Assembly (NCBI GenBank): GCA_951406725.2
Contig: OX597828.1
Location: forward strand, 70,060,001 to 70,124,000
Direction: 5' to 3'
Source of the DNA: Octopus vulgaris
Lineage: Eukaryota
DNA: 64,000 bases
The notes under the pieces were generated by a model that worked only from the letters and a program-made list of their open reading frames with translations, was not told the origin of the DNA and made no database searches. Position 1 is the stretch's first letter. The number at the start of each line of letters is the position of its first letter. Shown one piece after another: positions 29,682-41,902 of this stretch. The translations under genes and the position numbers were made by a program.

Positions 29682-30553
29682 CAGGGTGTGATGAATAAGC
29701 TGTCATCTAAATTATGCTAAAATGAAAATAACACTGACTTCTCATTTTAACAGATATAGTTACCAAAATTACATAAAAATATCTTGAAAATACTAAAGAC
29801 CAAATTTATTCAATGAAATCGCCATTAGCTTCAACCATGGCCTCCAGATGATTTCAGAATCTCCTGCAACTCTTCTGGACAGTATCCTTGTTTAAGTTGG
29901 TGAATGCTGCCATAATCCTTGCCTTCAGTTCATCTTTGGTGTTACAAGGAGTTTTGTTGGTCCCTTGCTCAACTGTGCCCCACACATAATAATCAAGGAG
30001 GTTGCAGTCGGGGGAGTTAAGTGACCAGATGTTAGGGGTGATGTGGTCGCAGAAATTGTCTGACAGCCATGACTGGGTTCTCCTTGTGAGGTATGGTGCA
30101 GAGTCCTGTTACCAGATATGAGGTCTTCCAGCAGCCACCCTCTTGATCCAGGGCAGCACTACCTCCTCCACGCACTTCATGTAGGCCTCCGTGTTGAATA
30201 TGAGGCCATGTGGGAAGATGAATGGAAGTATAAAGTTACCATCACTATTGATCACCCCAAACACCATGATGTTTGATTTTTTTCAGTCTCGGTACATGTC
30301 CTCAGATTGTACTGTCCTAAAATTGACACCCAAACACTGAAATGTTCATATTGGAGCTTCCAGCATGAATGCCAAGCAGTACAGCATGTTGTTTCCAAAT
30401 TTCTGGCAGAGTGAATTGCATTATGGAGCTTTTTTTTCTCACAGATGGTGCCCAACTGACCCTACTCTACTGTGTAGTCAACAAAATCAAAAACAAGGTA
30501 CATGTGCAAAATAGAAAATATAAAATGGCGACAATTTACCCATTGCACCCTGT
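29682..30553 (-). mobile_element. Decayed Tc1/mariner-superfamily DNA transposon
   Basis: Imperfect TIRs cagggtg.../...caccctg with TA on the right; minus strand encodes an NSPDCN.LDYYVWG-type C-terminal DDD/E motif near 29980-30030. Confidence 0.75.
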
Positions 30554-31143
30554 ATATATAGTTTAGAGCTCCATTACAGGTAGAATCAACAAAAAAAGGT
30601 ATTCCATCGAGTGAGAGACAAATATTATTTAATATACATAATTACAAAAGAGCTATTAATAGTACATTTAGAGGTACATTAAATTATGATCTGGACCTGA
30701 AAGGTTGCTTGGAGAGACATGGCACGTTACCTAAATCTGCCAATTTAATGTATCTTAAAGTATGAAACTATTAGGAACTCTTTTGAAAATTGTGCCTATG
30801 AAGGATGAAGACAGGTGAGAGAACAACAAGCAGGTGTATTAGTTTGACGCTCAGGAAGAATGGAAAAGTCTTGGACATTTTGAACCTCTTCAACAGAAAG
30901 GATTGAGAAGGAAAAAAATAGAGAGAGAACAAAAAAACTGTGTAGGGATTAATGGCTCAACACACACACACACACATATATACACAGGTGCAGGCATAGC
31001 TGTGTGGTAAAAAACTTGCTTCAAAAGCACATGGTTCCAGGTTCAGTCCCACTGTGTGGCTTCTTGGGCAAGCGTCTTCTACAATAGCCTCAGGCTGACC
31101 AAAGACTTGTGAGTGGATTTGGTAGATGGAAACTGAAAGAAGC

Positions 31144-31179
<36 letters not shown>

Positions 31180-31709
31180 ATCCTACATGCCTCTGTGTGT
31201 GTGTACAGATATGGCAAGTGACGCTAGAATGCTCAAACTTTACTGCCTCTTTCCACCTTCGCTCTCAATGTTCCGACCATCAACATCTGTATTAAAATAA
31301 TCCAAGTCACAATTAACAGTATTCATTTATCACAACCTTTTAACCTTAGAAGGTCATTGTGAAGGTCAAGGATGTGTGTTGACTATGTTAGACTGGCTCC
31401 AGCCTTGGGGGTCACTGACCTTTACACTCCTCTCACCTGTGTCCCAAAATGTCTTGTCTTGAACACTGAGAGCTTGTGTGGGGATTTGACATTTAGGTGT
31501 TAACTTGTTAGAAAGAACAGTTAAATTTCACCTCAAATTACACTATCCTGATTAATATGAATGGATTTAATAAAAATAGATGTTTGGAACAATAGTGACC
31601 TGAATAAATACAAAAAGATGTGATGGTCGTGGTTGGGACATCTATGACGGTTTTGGTTAGTTTAATCTTAGTTGTCATAAAGCTAAGCGCACTAGTGACA
31701 ATTTCCCAG

Positions 31710-32370
31710 ACATTGATAAAATGAGTCCCAGTTGAGCCCTAGGGGTCTAGGTCATCGACTCATTCCCTTCCCACCGGACTGGCTGGCTTTGGATCAAAAT
31801 TTGAAACCATTATTATTGTTATTATTATTATTAGAATGGTGGTAAGCAGGCAGAATCGTTAGCATGTCAGAAAAAATGCTTAACAGCATTTCATCCACCT
31901 TTATATCCTGAGTTCAAATTCATCCTTTCGGAGTCAAAAAAATAAGTACCAGTTGAGCACTGGGATCGATGTAATCGACTTAGCTCCCCACCACATCAAA
32001 CCTGCTGGCCTTGTGCTAAAATTTGAAACCATAATAATAATAATAATAAGCTGTCAGAATCATTAGCATGCTGGACAAAATACCTTGTGGTATTCCATCT
32101 TTATGACCAATGTTAAAATTTCGCCATGGTCAACTTTATCTTTCATCTTTTTGGGGGACGATGAGAAACATACCAGTAGAGTTCTGGGGTTCATGTAATC
32201 AAACAGCTCCTCCTCCAAAGTTTCAAGTCTTGTGACTATAACAGAAAGGGTCGTCGTCGTCATCATCATCGTCATTGTCAACAAAGTAGTAAATTGGTAG
32301 AATTGATGCTGCATCAGATAAAATGCCTTTTGGTGTTTTGTTTTGGCTCTTTTATGTCCTGAATTTAAAT
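31710..32370 (+). repeat. Second tandem cluster of SINE family B units
   Basis: Three to four consecutive units separated by short (TTA)n/(TAA)n tails. Confidence 0.7.
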
Positions 32371-32825
32371 CCCATCTATTGGCAGATTCCTTTAGTTCCT
32401 CTTAGAAAATATTATGTATGTAATCATAGCCCCTGGTACCGTGGCAGTGAGGTTCGGGTCATGAACTACCGACCCCATGGCTTTATGTTCAGTTTATAAC
32501 AACAGGGCAGTCATTTTATTATGAAAGACAACTAACACTGTTTGCTCCAGTTTGGCCTGGCAAAACAAAAACAAGAGTGATTTCCAATCCAATGCTGGGT
32601 GGTGGTCAGTGGTTCGAAAGAATCCAGAAAAGAAAAAAGATTCCGCCATTGGTAAATGGAAGTAAATTGGTGATTTTTCAAAAACAAATTATCAGAAAAG
32701 AAGTATAACTGAAGACTGGGTGTTTGGATTCTTTCTTTGCAACTATTCAGTAGGTCTCAATGAGAAAACATTATCAATGTAGAGACCACAAATATTTACA
32801 GATCAATGGCTAACTATCAGATTAT

Positions 32826-33042
32826 ATTCTTTTACTCATTTACTTGTTTCAGTCATTTGACTGTGGCCATGCTGGAGCACCGCCTTCAGTCGAACAAATC
32901 AACTCCAGGATTTATTCTTTGTAAGCCTAGTACTTATTCTATCAGTCTCTTTTGCCGAACCGCTAAGTTACGGGGAGGTAAACACACCAACATGGATTGC
33001 CGAGCAATGGTGGTGGGACAAACACAGACACACAAGCATATA

Positions 33043-33078
<36 letters not shown>

Positions 33079-33235
33079 GTTTCTTTTCAGTTTCCATCTA
33101 CCAAATTTACTCACAAGGCTTTGGTTGGCCAGAAGCTATGTTAGAAGACACTTGCCAAAGGTGCCATGCAGTGGGACTGAGCCTGGAACCATGTGGTTGG
33201 GAAGCAAGTTTCTTACCACACAGCCACTCCTGCAC
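32826..33235 (-). mobile_element. SINE family A, full length
   Basis: Reverse complement of the 3578-3973 copy. Confidence 0.8.
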
Positions 33236-33385
33236 TTATACACATATATATATAGATAGATAGATAAATAGATAGACAGACGGACGGATGGACGGACGGA
33301 CGGACGGACGGACGGACGGACGGACAGACAGACAGATAGATAGATAGATAGATGTGGTGGAGTGTAGAAACAATGAAATAAAATA

Positions 33386-34898
33386 TAGGGTGTGTCAGTT
33401 TTTTGAGGGCACCTCTTTCAAGAGCCCTAACTTACATCTTATTTGTTTTTACCTTACTTTTTCAGTCGGATAATGTCAGGTCTTGGGTTGAGCCACCAAA
33501 TGAAAAGACACACTGTAACCATCAGCACAGTGATACAGAGACAACTCGCTTCCTGAAAGCTGCCTGATCCTTCGTTGCCAAATTTTGAAAGGAGTTGCAA
33601 TATGCTGATGGAGAGTCCAACATCAGCAACTAAATGTGGACCAATTCAAAGGGCCTCGGAGTTTCAGAATGCCACATCAGAAGTGTTGTGCACGAGGACA
33701 TCCAGTAAAAGTTGGATGTGATGCAGAGGGGTCAGTTTATGTTAGATAAGACGAGAGAGAATTGTTCGATCCATGCAAAGCTCAAGTTAAAACATTGAAT
33801 GTGAATCAAAGGAATGACAGATGTTTATGCAACGACCCGAATGAGGGTCCACCAGTCATGCAAGCTAAGTTCTCAGCATCTATAGTAGCTCTGGTGGTCA
33901 TCAGCAACAAGGGAGATATCATACGTCCTCATTTTTTTTTTTCCTTCACAGGGCTTAAGAGTCTATGTAGAAGCATGTGGCTTAGTGGTTAGGGTGCTGG
34001 ACTCATGATCATAAGATTGTGGTTTCGATTCCTGGACCAGGTGACCTGTTGTGTTCTTGAGCAAGACACTTCATTTCACGTTGCTCCAGTCCACTCAGCT
34101 GACAAAAAGGAGTTAATCCTGCAATGGACCGACATCCACCAGCGTAGCGGTGGGGTCCACCCTGGGCAGCACTTTTGGGTCTGCTGGGGGCAATATGTAT
34201 TTTTTTGTGGAATGAGGGGGGCAGCAAACGGAAGGGCTGCCCCAGCTGACACACACTCTAGCTATGCTAGTGCCAACATCCCGTCCAAGAGGGGAATACA
34301 TACGCCACTGAAACCAGGAAGTCAGTCTTCATGAGTCTGGCATGGCCCGAGAAGGAAACATTTTTTTCACAGGGCTTAAGAATCTATGCCACTGTCTGTA
34401 CAGAAGTGTTGGAGAAAGTTACAAAGTGCTGGGCAGACAGAGGGCACAACAGGAGATGGTATGTCTTCTAACAAGGTTCTGCACAGTCTCAAAAGGCGAG
34501 GACAACCCAAGCATGGATGTGTGTCAATCTCCATGATAATGTTCTACCTGACACTTGACGTCCACTGGACGGTTATGTATGAGACGTAGACAAGAGAGAG
34601 GTCAATTAACATCCCCACAACACCACACAATGTCTCGAGTCTACCATAACCACTAATTACACCCCAAATTGATAAAGATCATGTGATTCAGGCATAATCA
34701 GTGCTTCTAACCCCTTATCGAAGCAGCCATTGTTGCTAACAGGGCATTCATTGAATAAGTGGCATAAAAGGATTTCTCAAAATCATTTGTACCAAATTTG
34801 TTTCCAAATACAGTTTTTCTTTCATGAGCTGTGCATTTTTTGTTTTGTTTTTTTCCTAAATTCACACAAATGACCTAAAAAAACTGGCGCACCCTGTA
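33386..34898 (+). mobile_element. Decayed Tc1/mariner-superfamily transposon interrupted by a SINE
   Basis: TIRs tagggtgtgtcagtttttt / aaaaaactggcgcaccctg with TA flanks; remnants such as VVHEDI, NQRNDR, VISNKGDI match the copy at 56700-57620. Confidence 0.7.
33968..34365 (+). mobile_element. tRNA-derived SINE family D with a 23-bp target-site duplication
   Basis: Head tggcttagtggttaggg...ggtttcgattcc; flanked by ttcacagggcttaaga(g/a)tctatg at 33945-33967 and 34366-34388. A related tRNA-like head lies at 39841-40020. Confidence 0.75.
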
Positions 34899-35839
34899 TA
34901 TATATCAGTGATCTCATATAGGTGCTTGCGTGTGTGTTTGCTGAAATATACATATGTTAATGGAATCATGTATGTGTATATATATATATATATATACATG
35001 ATTCCATTAACATTTGTGTATTTCACCATATATATATATAAATATGTATGATGAAACACACATGTTAATGGAATCATATGTATTTATACACACATGCACA
35101 CATAGACACACACACTCACGCACATACACATGTATATATATATATGACGCAATTATACTCATGGGATCGATTTTCAAAAAGAGATAATTCTAAATCAAGG
35201 AAATAAAAAGGATTTATTCTCTCCATTCTCATTTCTTAGAATTCTAAAAACTCCACCTGTTTTCGTGGATATTCAAGCATTATCTGATAAAAGAAATAAT
35301 CCCCAGATTGCCATCAGACAGATAGCCTAGACCCAAGGATTAGATTTTTAAGGCCGAATCCAGGTTTAACACTCATGTGGAACTACAACGATTACAATAC
35401 ATTGGGTCATCCCATAAATAATGCCTTTTTTTTTCAGTTGCATGAAGAAAAAGTCAGAGGGAGATGAGATAAAAACCAACAATTCATGTATGCAAAACTG
35501 AAAAAATAAAATGGCAATCATACCTTGTATATCATCATCATCGTTTAACGTCCGCTTTCCGCGCTAGCACGGGTTGGACGATTTGACCGGGTCTGGGAAG
35601 CCAGGGGCCGCTCCAGGCTCCAGTCTGAATCTGGCAGAGTTTCTACGGCTGGATGCCCTTCCTAACGCCAACCACTCCGTGAGTGGATTGGGTGCTTTTT
35701 ACGTGCCACCTGCACAGGGGCCGGAGGGTCCGGCATCGTCACGATCGGTTCGAGCATATATATATATATATATATATATGATTTGATTTGATTTAGTTTT
35801 GGCTCATGAGCTGTGGCCATGCTGGGGCAACACCATTTG

Positions 35840-36480
35840 GTGTTGTTACATAATTTTACTTTGCTAAATTCTTTTTAGAAATTGACATTCTGTGTATGAG
35901 GGAGTTTGATGCTGCTGCCTCCACCTGCACTTCCCACTGTGAAGTTGGTTCATCTGGAACACTTGACAGGAAGAGGTCTAGTTTCGTTTTGAAGACACAT
36001 CCACCTCATGTAGGTTTCTCAGGTCCTTTGGGAAGATACTGAAGAGCTGTGGGCCTTTAAAACCCAGGCTGTTGCAATATCTTATCCTATATCTTGATGA
36101 CAAAGTTGGAGTCTTTGGCAGTATGGAATGGCACCCTCTTCTAGCATTAGTGTAACTCTCAATGCCAAAGTTTGGGACAAGTTTCTCCAGGATCTTCCAG
36201 ATGTATATTATGGCATATTTTTCCTATCTATGCTCCAGGGAATAGAGTCTCAATCTCTTGAGTCTTTCCCAGTAGCTTATATGCTGCATAGAGACATCTT
36301 CTTCATGTAGCTTCGTTGGATTGACTCAAGTTCTGCAATTAATTATACACTTATTCATGACCATAGCTTGGAGCAATAGTCAAAGCAGCTTAGGGCAAGG
36401 GGACCACCGTGGTTTCCTGATCTCTCTTTCTAAAAGTTCTAAGAATCCATCTGGTCAGCCACCTGCATTTCATTGCTAAT
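35840..36480 (-). mobile_element. CR1/L2-group LINE 3' fragment
   Basis: Decayed minus-strand reading DYCSKLW...ELESIQR...YWERLKRLRLYSLE...CNSLGFKGPQLF...FKTKLDLFLSSVPDEP. Confidence 0.65.
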
Positions 36481-36534
36481 TATATATATACTTTATTAAT
36501 AAATCTTCAAAAGCATCACAAACATATCACAGAA

Positions 36535-36576
36535 AACTGATACTCGGAGTTTCATGTTCCTGTTCATCAGACAGTT
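36535..36576 (-). ncRNA. Minimal type I hammerhead motif (same family as 25983-26020)
   Basis: Minus strand: AACUGU-CUGAUGA-ACAGGAACAU-GAA-ACUC C GAGU-A-UCAGUU. Canonical core, decayed stem II. Degenerate inverted mate at ~36594-36640. Confidence 0.6.
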
Positions 36577-36850
36577 GTGATTCTGAACTGCTGAACTATC
36601 CAACAAAAGGGAACATGAAACTATGAGTAGCAGTTTTTTGCAACTTTAATAACAAAGCATATTACTCTACCTCCAGTATTCGAGTACTATTTTATCCCCA
36701 CTTTGTTTAACATTTATGTGCTTACTCTAGTGTGTGTGTGTGTGTGTGTGTGTAATAAATATAAGTCAGGAATGGAAAAATAAAATAAAATATTGAACAA
36801 TTATAAATTCAATTCAATTTAAATATTTTATACAAACAAATGACACATCT

Positions 36851-36946
36851 CTTAAATTACAGCAGTTTCCGCTTCCTTAGTAAAATGAAGTTCTTCAAGA
36901 ATAATCAAATCCATTTAAATATGTAATGATGCTTCATCAGATTAAC
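36851..36946 (-). ncRNA. Type I hammerhead motif with extended stem II (left arm of fold-back)
   Basis: Minus strand: GUUAAU-CUGAUGA-AGCAUCAUUA...UAAGGAAGCG-GAA-AC UGCU GU-A-AUUUAAG. Confidence 0.6.
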
Positions 36947-36984
36947 ATACCTTCTTAACTATTTGACGAAAAAATATTTAAACT

Positions 36985-37080
36985 GTTAATCTGATGAAGC
37001 ATCATTACATAATTAAATGGATTTGATTATACTTGAAGAACTTCATTTTACTAATGAAGAGGAAACTGCTGTAATTTAAG
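36985..37080 (+). ncRNA. Type I hammerhead motif with extended stem II (right arm of fold-back)
   Basis: CTGATGA at 36991-36997, ~64-nt stem II region, GAAA at 37062-37065, AC-UGCU-GU stem III, GUA site ending 37073, AUUUAA can pair with upstream UUAAU. Confidence 0.6.
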
Positions 37081-37304
37081 AGATGTGTAATTTGTTTATA
37101 TAAAATATTTAAATTTAATTGAATTTATAATTGTTCAATTTTTTTTTGTTTTTCCATTTCTGATTTATATTTATATATTAATAAACTGTATGTTTATTTT
37201 ATTTACCTATTGAAATAACATTGTTATTGATATAGGTAATATAAACCAGTAAATTCTTTGGATATTTGGTGTCCCTTAGGTGTATTTTACACCTAGCTAA
37301 ACTG

Positions 37305-37344
<40 letters not shown>

Positions 37345-37349
<5 letters not shown>

Positions 37350-37459
37350 CAACTTATAAACAAGGGCAAAAGAAAAAAATTCTAATGCCAAATATGCCGA
37401 AAATAGACAAAATAGAAATTAGAATTTTTTTCTTTTGCTCTTGTTTATAAGTTGTTTAT
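37345..37459. repeat. 42-bp-arm inverted repeat in (TA)n with one-sided tail
   Basis: ataaacaacttataaacaagggcaaaagaaaaaaattctaat and its near-exact reverse complement at 37418-37459. Confidence 0.8.
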
Positions 37460-37535
37460 AAATTTAACCTTTAAAGGTACTTTTTAATATGCTGGCCATT
37501 GATAGAATTTTTTTCGAAAAATTTTATCCTATATT

Positions 37536-37579
<44 letters not shown>

Positions 37580-38170
37580 AAATACACATATGCTAGTGGA
37601 ATCGTATATATATAATCTTCAGAATTGTCATCATGATCATCATTTATTGTTCGTTTTCCATGCTGGCATGGGTTGGACGGTTTGACAGGAGCTGACCAGG
37701 CAGGAGTTTGGCACCAGACTTCTGTGTCTGCTTCGACATGGTTTTTATGACTGGATGCCCTTCCTGACACCAACCACCCTGAAGAGGTACATATACATCA
37801 TCATCAGCAGCAGCAGCAGTAGAAGTAGCAGTAGCAACTGCATCAGAATTTGATGTCCACAGTTCCATGCTTGCAGGGATCAGATGCAGGACGTTTGAGA
37901 CAGATTCCCTACGGATGCACCCCTTTTCTAAACCCCACCCTCTTTCTGCACAAGGTGGTATTTCCTTCTGGTCAAACGTATCTGCAAAATATGACAAAGG
38001 AATGACACTGACACCTCACCTCCCAACCCCACCCCTACACACATACATATACACGTTCATGTATGTGTGTGTGTGTGTGTGTATGTGTGTGTGTACACCA
38101 ATACATCAAGTTTTTCCTAAGAAAAGGAGACATAAAACATTAACAAATTTAGCCTGCACAGCCTGTATAT

Positions 38171-38221
<51 letters not shown>

Positions 38222-38704
38222 TGTGTGTATACATACATACATATATAATATATATACATATACTCTTTTTACTCTCTCTCTTTTACTTGTTTCAATCATT
38301 TGACTGCGGCCATGTTGGAGCACCACCTTTAGTCAAGCAAATTGACCCCAGGACTTATTGTTTGTGAGCCTAGTACTTATTCTATCGGTCTCTCTTGCCG
38401 AACCGCTAGGTTACGGGGACATGAACACACCAGCATCGGTTGTCAAGCGATGTTGGGGGACAAACACAGACACACACACATATATAAACACACACAGACA
38501 CACACACACAACACACACATATATGCAGAAATTTAATGGGAGTTCACTGAGTTATTGTTTGTGAAAACAGAGAAGGAGGCATTGACAGAAATAAGCACAG
38601 ACAATGAGTTTATGAGGGATTGGTGAATGGAGAGGCTTGGAAAACATTTCACATAAATATTAGCACAAAGCCTACTTATGATTCATACTAATACATACAT
38701 ACAT

Positions 38705-38762
<58 letters not shown>

Positions 38763-38857
38763 TCATCATCATCATATATAACTTAGAATAACTTAGAAAG
38801 GTTTTGGCCAGTATTGGCCCAGGCCATGTCTAACTTAATAGCACTACCTGGCATACA

Positions 38858-38893
<36 letters not shown>

Positions 38894-38935
38894 TGTATGT
38901 ATGTATGTATATACACACATAGATATATAATATAA

Positions 38936-38999
<64 letters not shown>

Positions 39000-39651
39000 T
39001 TATATATACAAACAATTTATAAACAAGGTATTTTAATATGTTTTTAAGTTACGGTGACATAAACACACCAGCATCGATTGTCAATCGAGGGTAAGGGGAC
39101 AAACGCAGACACACACATATATAAACACACACATATATATACATATATACCAAATCCACTCACAAGGCTTTGGCTGACCTGAGGCTATAGAAGAAGACAC
39201 TTGCCCAAGGTGCCACGCAGTGGGACTGAACCCGGAACTATGTGGTTGGTAAGCAAGCTACTTACCACACAGCCACACCTACGCTGATGTATATAGATAT
39301 ACACATATACACAGACACAAACACACACACATAGCATGCATTCATGCATATATGTATGTATGTATGTTTGTATACATATACACTTATATAAAATACACAC
39401 ACACTTGCAGCCTACAGATATTTTCACTCCGCTTAATTCCTCAACAACAACTCAACTACCAGACGTGGCATCAGTGAAACTTAAAACTTTGGACGTAATT
39501 CTACCTTGGCACCGAGCGTGACAGACACAATGGTGAATTCCCTCCTAGACTGCCACAGCATTTGAAAACCTAAAAAGTCACACTAGAGTATGCCTTCTAC
39601 CAATTTTACAGTCTTAGACAATATCAGATTTCTAGCTACCTGACATCAAAC

Positions 39652-39780
<129 letters not shown>

Positions 39781-39790
39781 TGTATGTATG

Positions 39791-39841
<51 letters not shown>

Positions 39842-40260
39842 AGGTGCAATGGCCCAATGGTTAGGGCAGCAGACTTGCGGTCGTAGGATCGCAGTTTCGA
39901 TTCCCAGACTGGGCGTTGTGAGTGTTTATTGAGCAAAAACACCTAAAAAGTGGGTGGTGGCAATCCTTGCTGTACTCTTTCACCACAACTTTCTCTCACT
40001 CTTTCTTCTGTTTGCCTGGTCCCATATCCTGTATGGGATATGCGGATATGCCAATGACGGAATATCCCATACTCAAATAATAATGAGATGTTTGCCCTGC
40101 CTTAACAGTTGTTGTCCTCTTTAACAATTATATATATATATAGTAAAAGCAATTAAGATTCAAGTGAGTTCTATTGAATTCACATGAATGCGGTACTTAA
40201 CTTAGATGCACCAGGAATCTATATGGCATTAACCATAAAATAATGTGGGGTGATTATAAA

Positions 40261-40458
40261 CAAGAAAAAAGCAACAAGAATGGATTAGTTTTTCAGTACA
40301 ATTGTTTCATACAAAGAACAGCTTTATTAAAAGCTGCAAATATTGCAGCAAATACAAGTGTCCCGTATTTGTTGCAATATTTGCAGCTTTTAATAAAGCT
40401 GGTCTTCGTATGAAACAATTGTACTGAAAAACTAATACATTCTTGTTGCTTTTTTCTT

Positions 40459-40459
<1 letters not shown>
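40261..40459. repeat. 95-bp-arm inverted repeat with 9-nt loop
   Basis: Arms 40261-40355 and 40365-40459, 4 mismatches by eye; each arm carries the hammerhead 3' half GAAACAATTGTA. Confidence 0.9.
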
Positions 40460-40498
<39 letters not shown>

Positions 40499-40544
40499 CA
40501 TACACACACATGTATATATATATATACACATATATACATACACT

Positions 40545-40970
40545 TACTTTGATAAGTTTCGGCTAGTATTGGCCTAGGTCATGACTGACTTAATAGCACC
40601 ACCTAACAAATCCATTTAAATCAGGAATCGGACAACATGGCCCACTCAAGGAGAGAGTTATTGTTTATGGAGACATATCTGGGTGTAGGAGGTTTATCTG
40701 GGATCTTTTGGAGGAATTTGCCCAAAGACTTCTTCAACTTTATGAGTTCTGTTTCTGATTTAATGTGTTTTGGTGTAATGTTAAAGAGAGCGGGGCCAAA
40801 TGAGGTGAAATAATTGTGCCGTATTGTTGTTATGTGATACAAGTATGAATTATGTTGTGGGCAAATAGCATGGGATCCAAGTCTTGGGTGTATCTTAAAG
40901 GTGATGCCAACATCATTTGGACAATGCTAATGGAATATTTTCCACATCATGCAGATGATGTAACACTTAT
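40545..40970 (-). mobile_element. CR1/L2-group LINE 3' fragment
   Basis: FTSFGPALFNITPKHIK...KKSLGKFLQKIPDKP; its non-coding tail recurs at 38783-38850. A similar decayed fragment lies at ~62500-62815(+). Confidence 0.6.
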
Positions 40971-41056
40971 ATATGTATATATACATCAAAATAAGCAACA
41001 AGTATAAGAATAAGTATAAGAATGTGTATTGTCCGTTTAACTGAAAAATTCTATAT

Positions 41057-41142
41057 GTGGCTGAAGATTCCTCGACATTTTAAAACTAATGTAATACTTA
41101 CAGTGTTTAATAAAATGAAGTAGCATGAAACGCTTGTACTAC
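41057..41142 (+). ncRNA. Type I hammerhead motif with extended stem II
   Basis: GUGG-CUGAAGA(41061-41067)-[CAUUUUA/UAAAAUG, AAAC/GUUU, UGUA/UACA hairpin]-GAA-AC GCUU GU-A(41138)-CUAC; stem I GUGG/CUAC. Confidence 0.65.
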
Positions 41143-41863
41143 TCTACCTTGGATATCCTTGTTGCTTATTTTGATTATAATCACCCCATTTGATTTATAT
41201 GGATAATACCATACAAAATTCTGGTACTTTTAACTTAAGTACCATATTCATTTGAATCTAAACTTTTGCTGAACTTTTAATACCATACATTGTGTGTATA
41301 TATATATATATATAATAATATTAGGGAATAAATCCAAACTTACAGGGAAAAATTAGATTTAGGATTAAATCCAATTTTATAGTATAAATATATTATATTA
41401 TATTATATTAACTTAGAGATAAAACCACTATTAGGCAAATCAAACAGTGAAAAACATAAGCCAATACATAAAATTAATTTTAAAATATAAAAGTTGAAAA
41501 TAAAAAATAATTTAAATAATTTAAACTTATAAATTTTATATATATATACAAATATATATATATATGTATGTATGTATATTTTTATATTTATATATTATTT
41601 TATTAATTAATTAATTAATTAATTAATTTTTTAATATCAAAAGTATTAAAAGTTTAATACATATATACACAGATACATATATCAATATACGTATCTATAT
41701 GTCTGTCTGTCTGTCTGCCTATCTCTCTATCTATCTATCTCTCGCTCTCTCTTTATATATAAACAAAAACACACATTCACCAACACAGATATATACAATA
41801 CAAACAAAGAATCATACATGTGTGTGTGCGTGTATGCATGTATATATATACATACACATACAT

Positions 41864-41902
<39 letters not shown>

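Larger units (their letters stand above)
36755..37174. repeat. ~190-bp-arm inverted repeat (Penelope-like pLTR inversion)
   Basis: Arms 36755-36947 and 36984-37174 are reverse complements with scattered mismatches; a unique tail runs from 37175 into (TA)n at ~37306. Confidence 0.85.

Noticed and set aside
35240-35325. Minus-strand CUGAUGG...GAAA hammerhead-like spacing
   Set aside because: Core mismatch and no convincing stem II, stem III or cleavage triplet.
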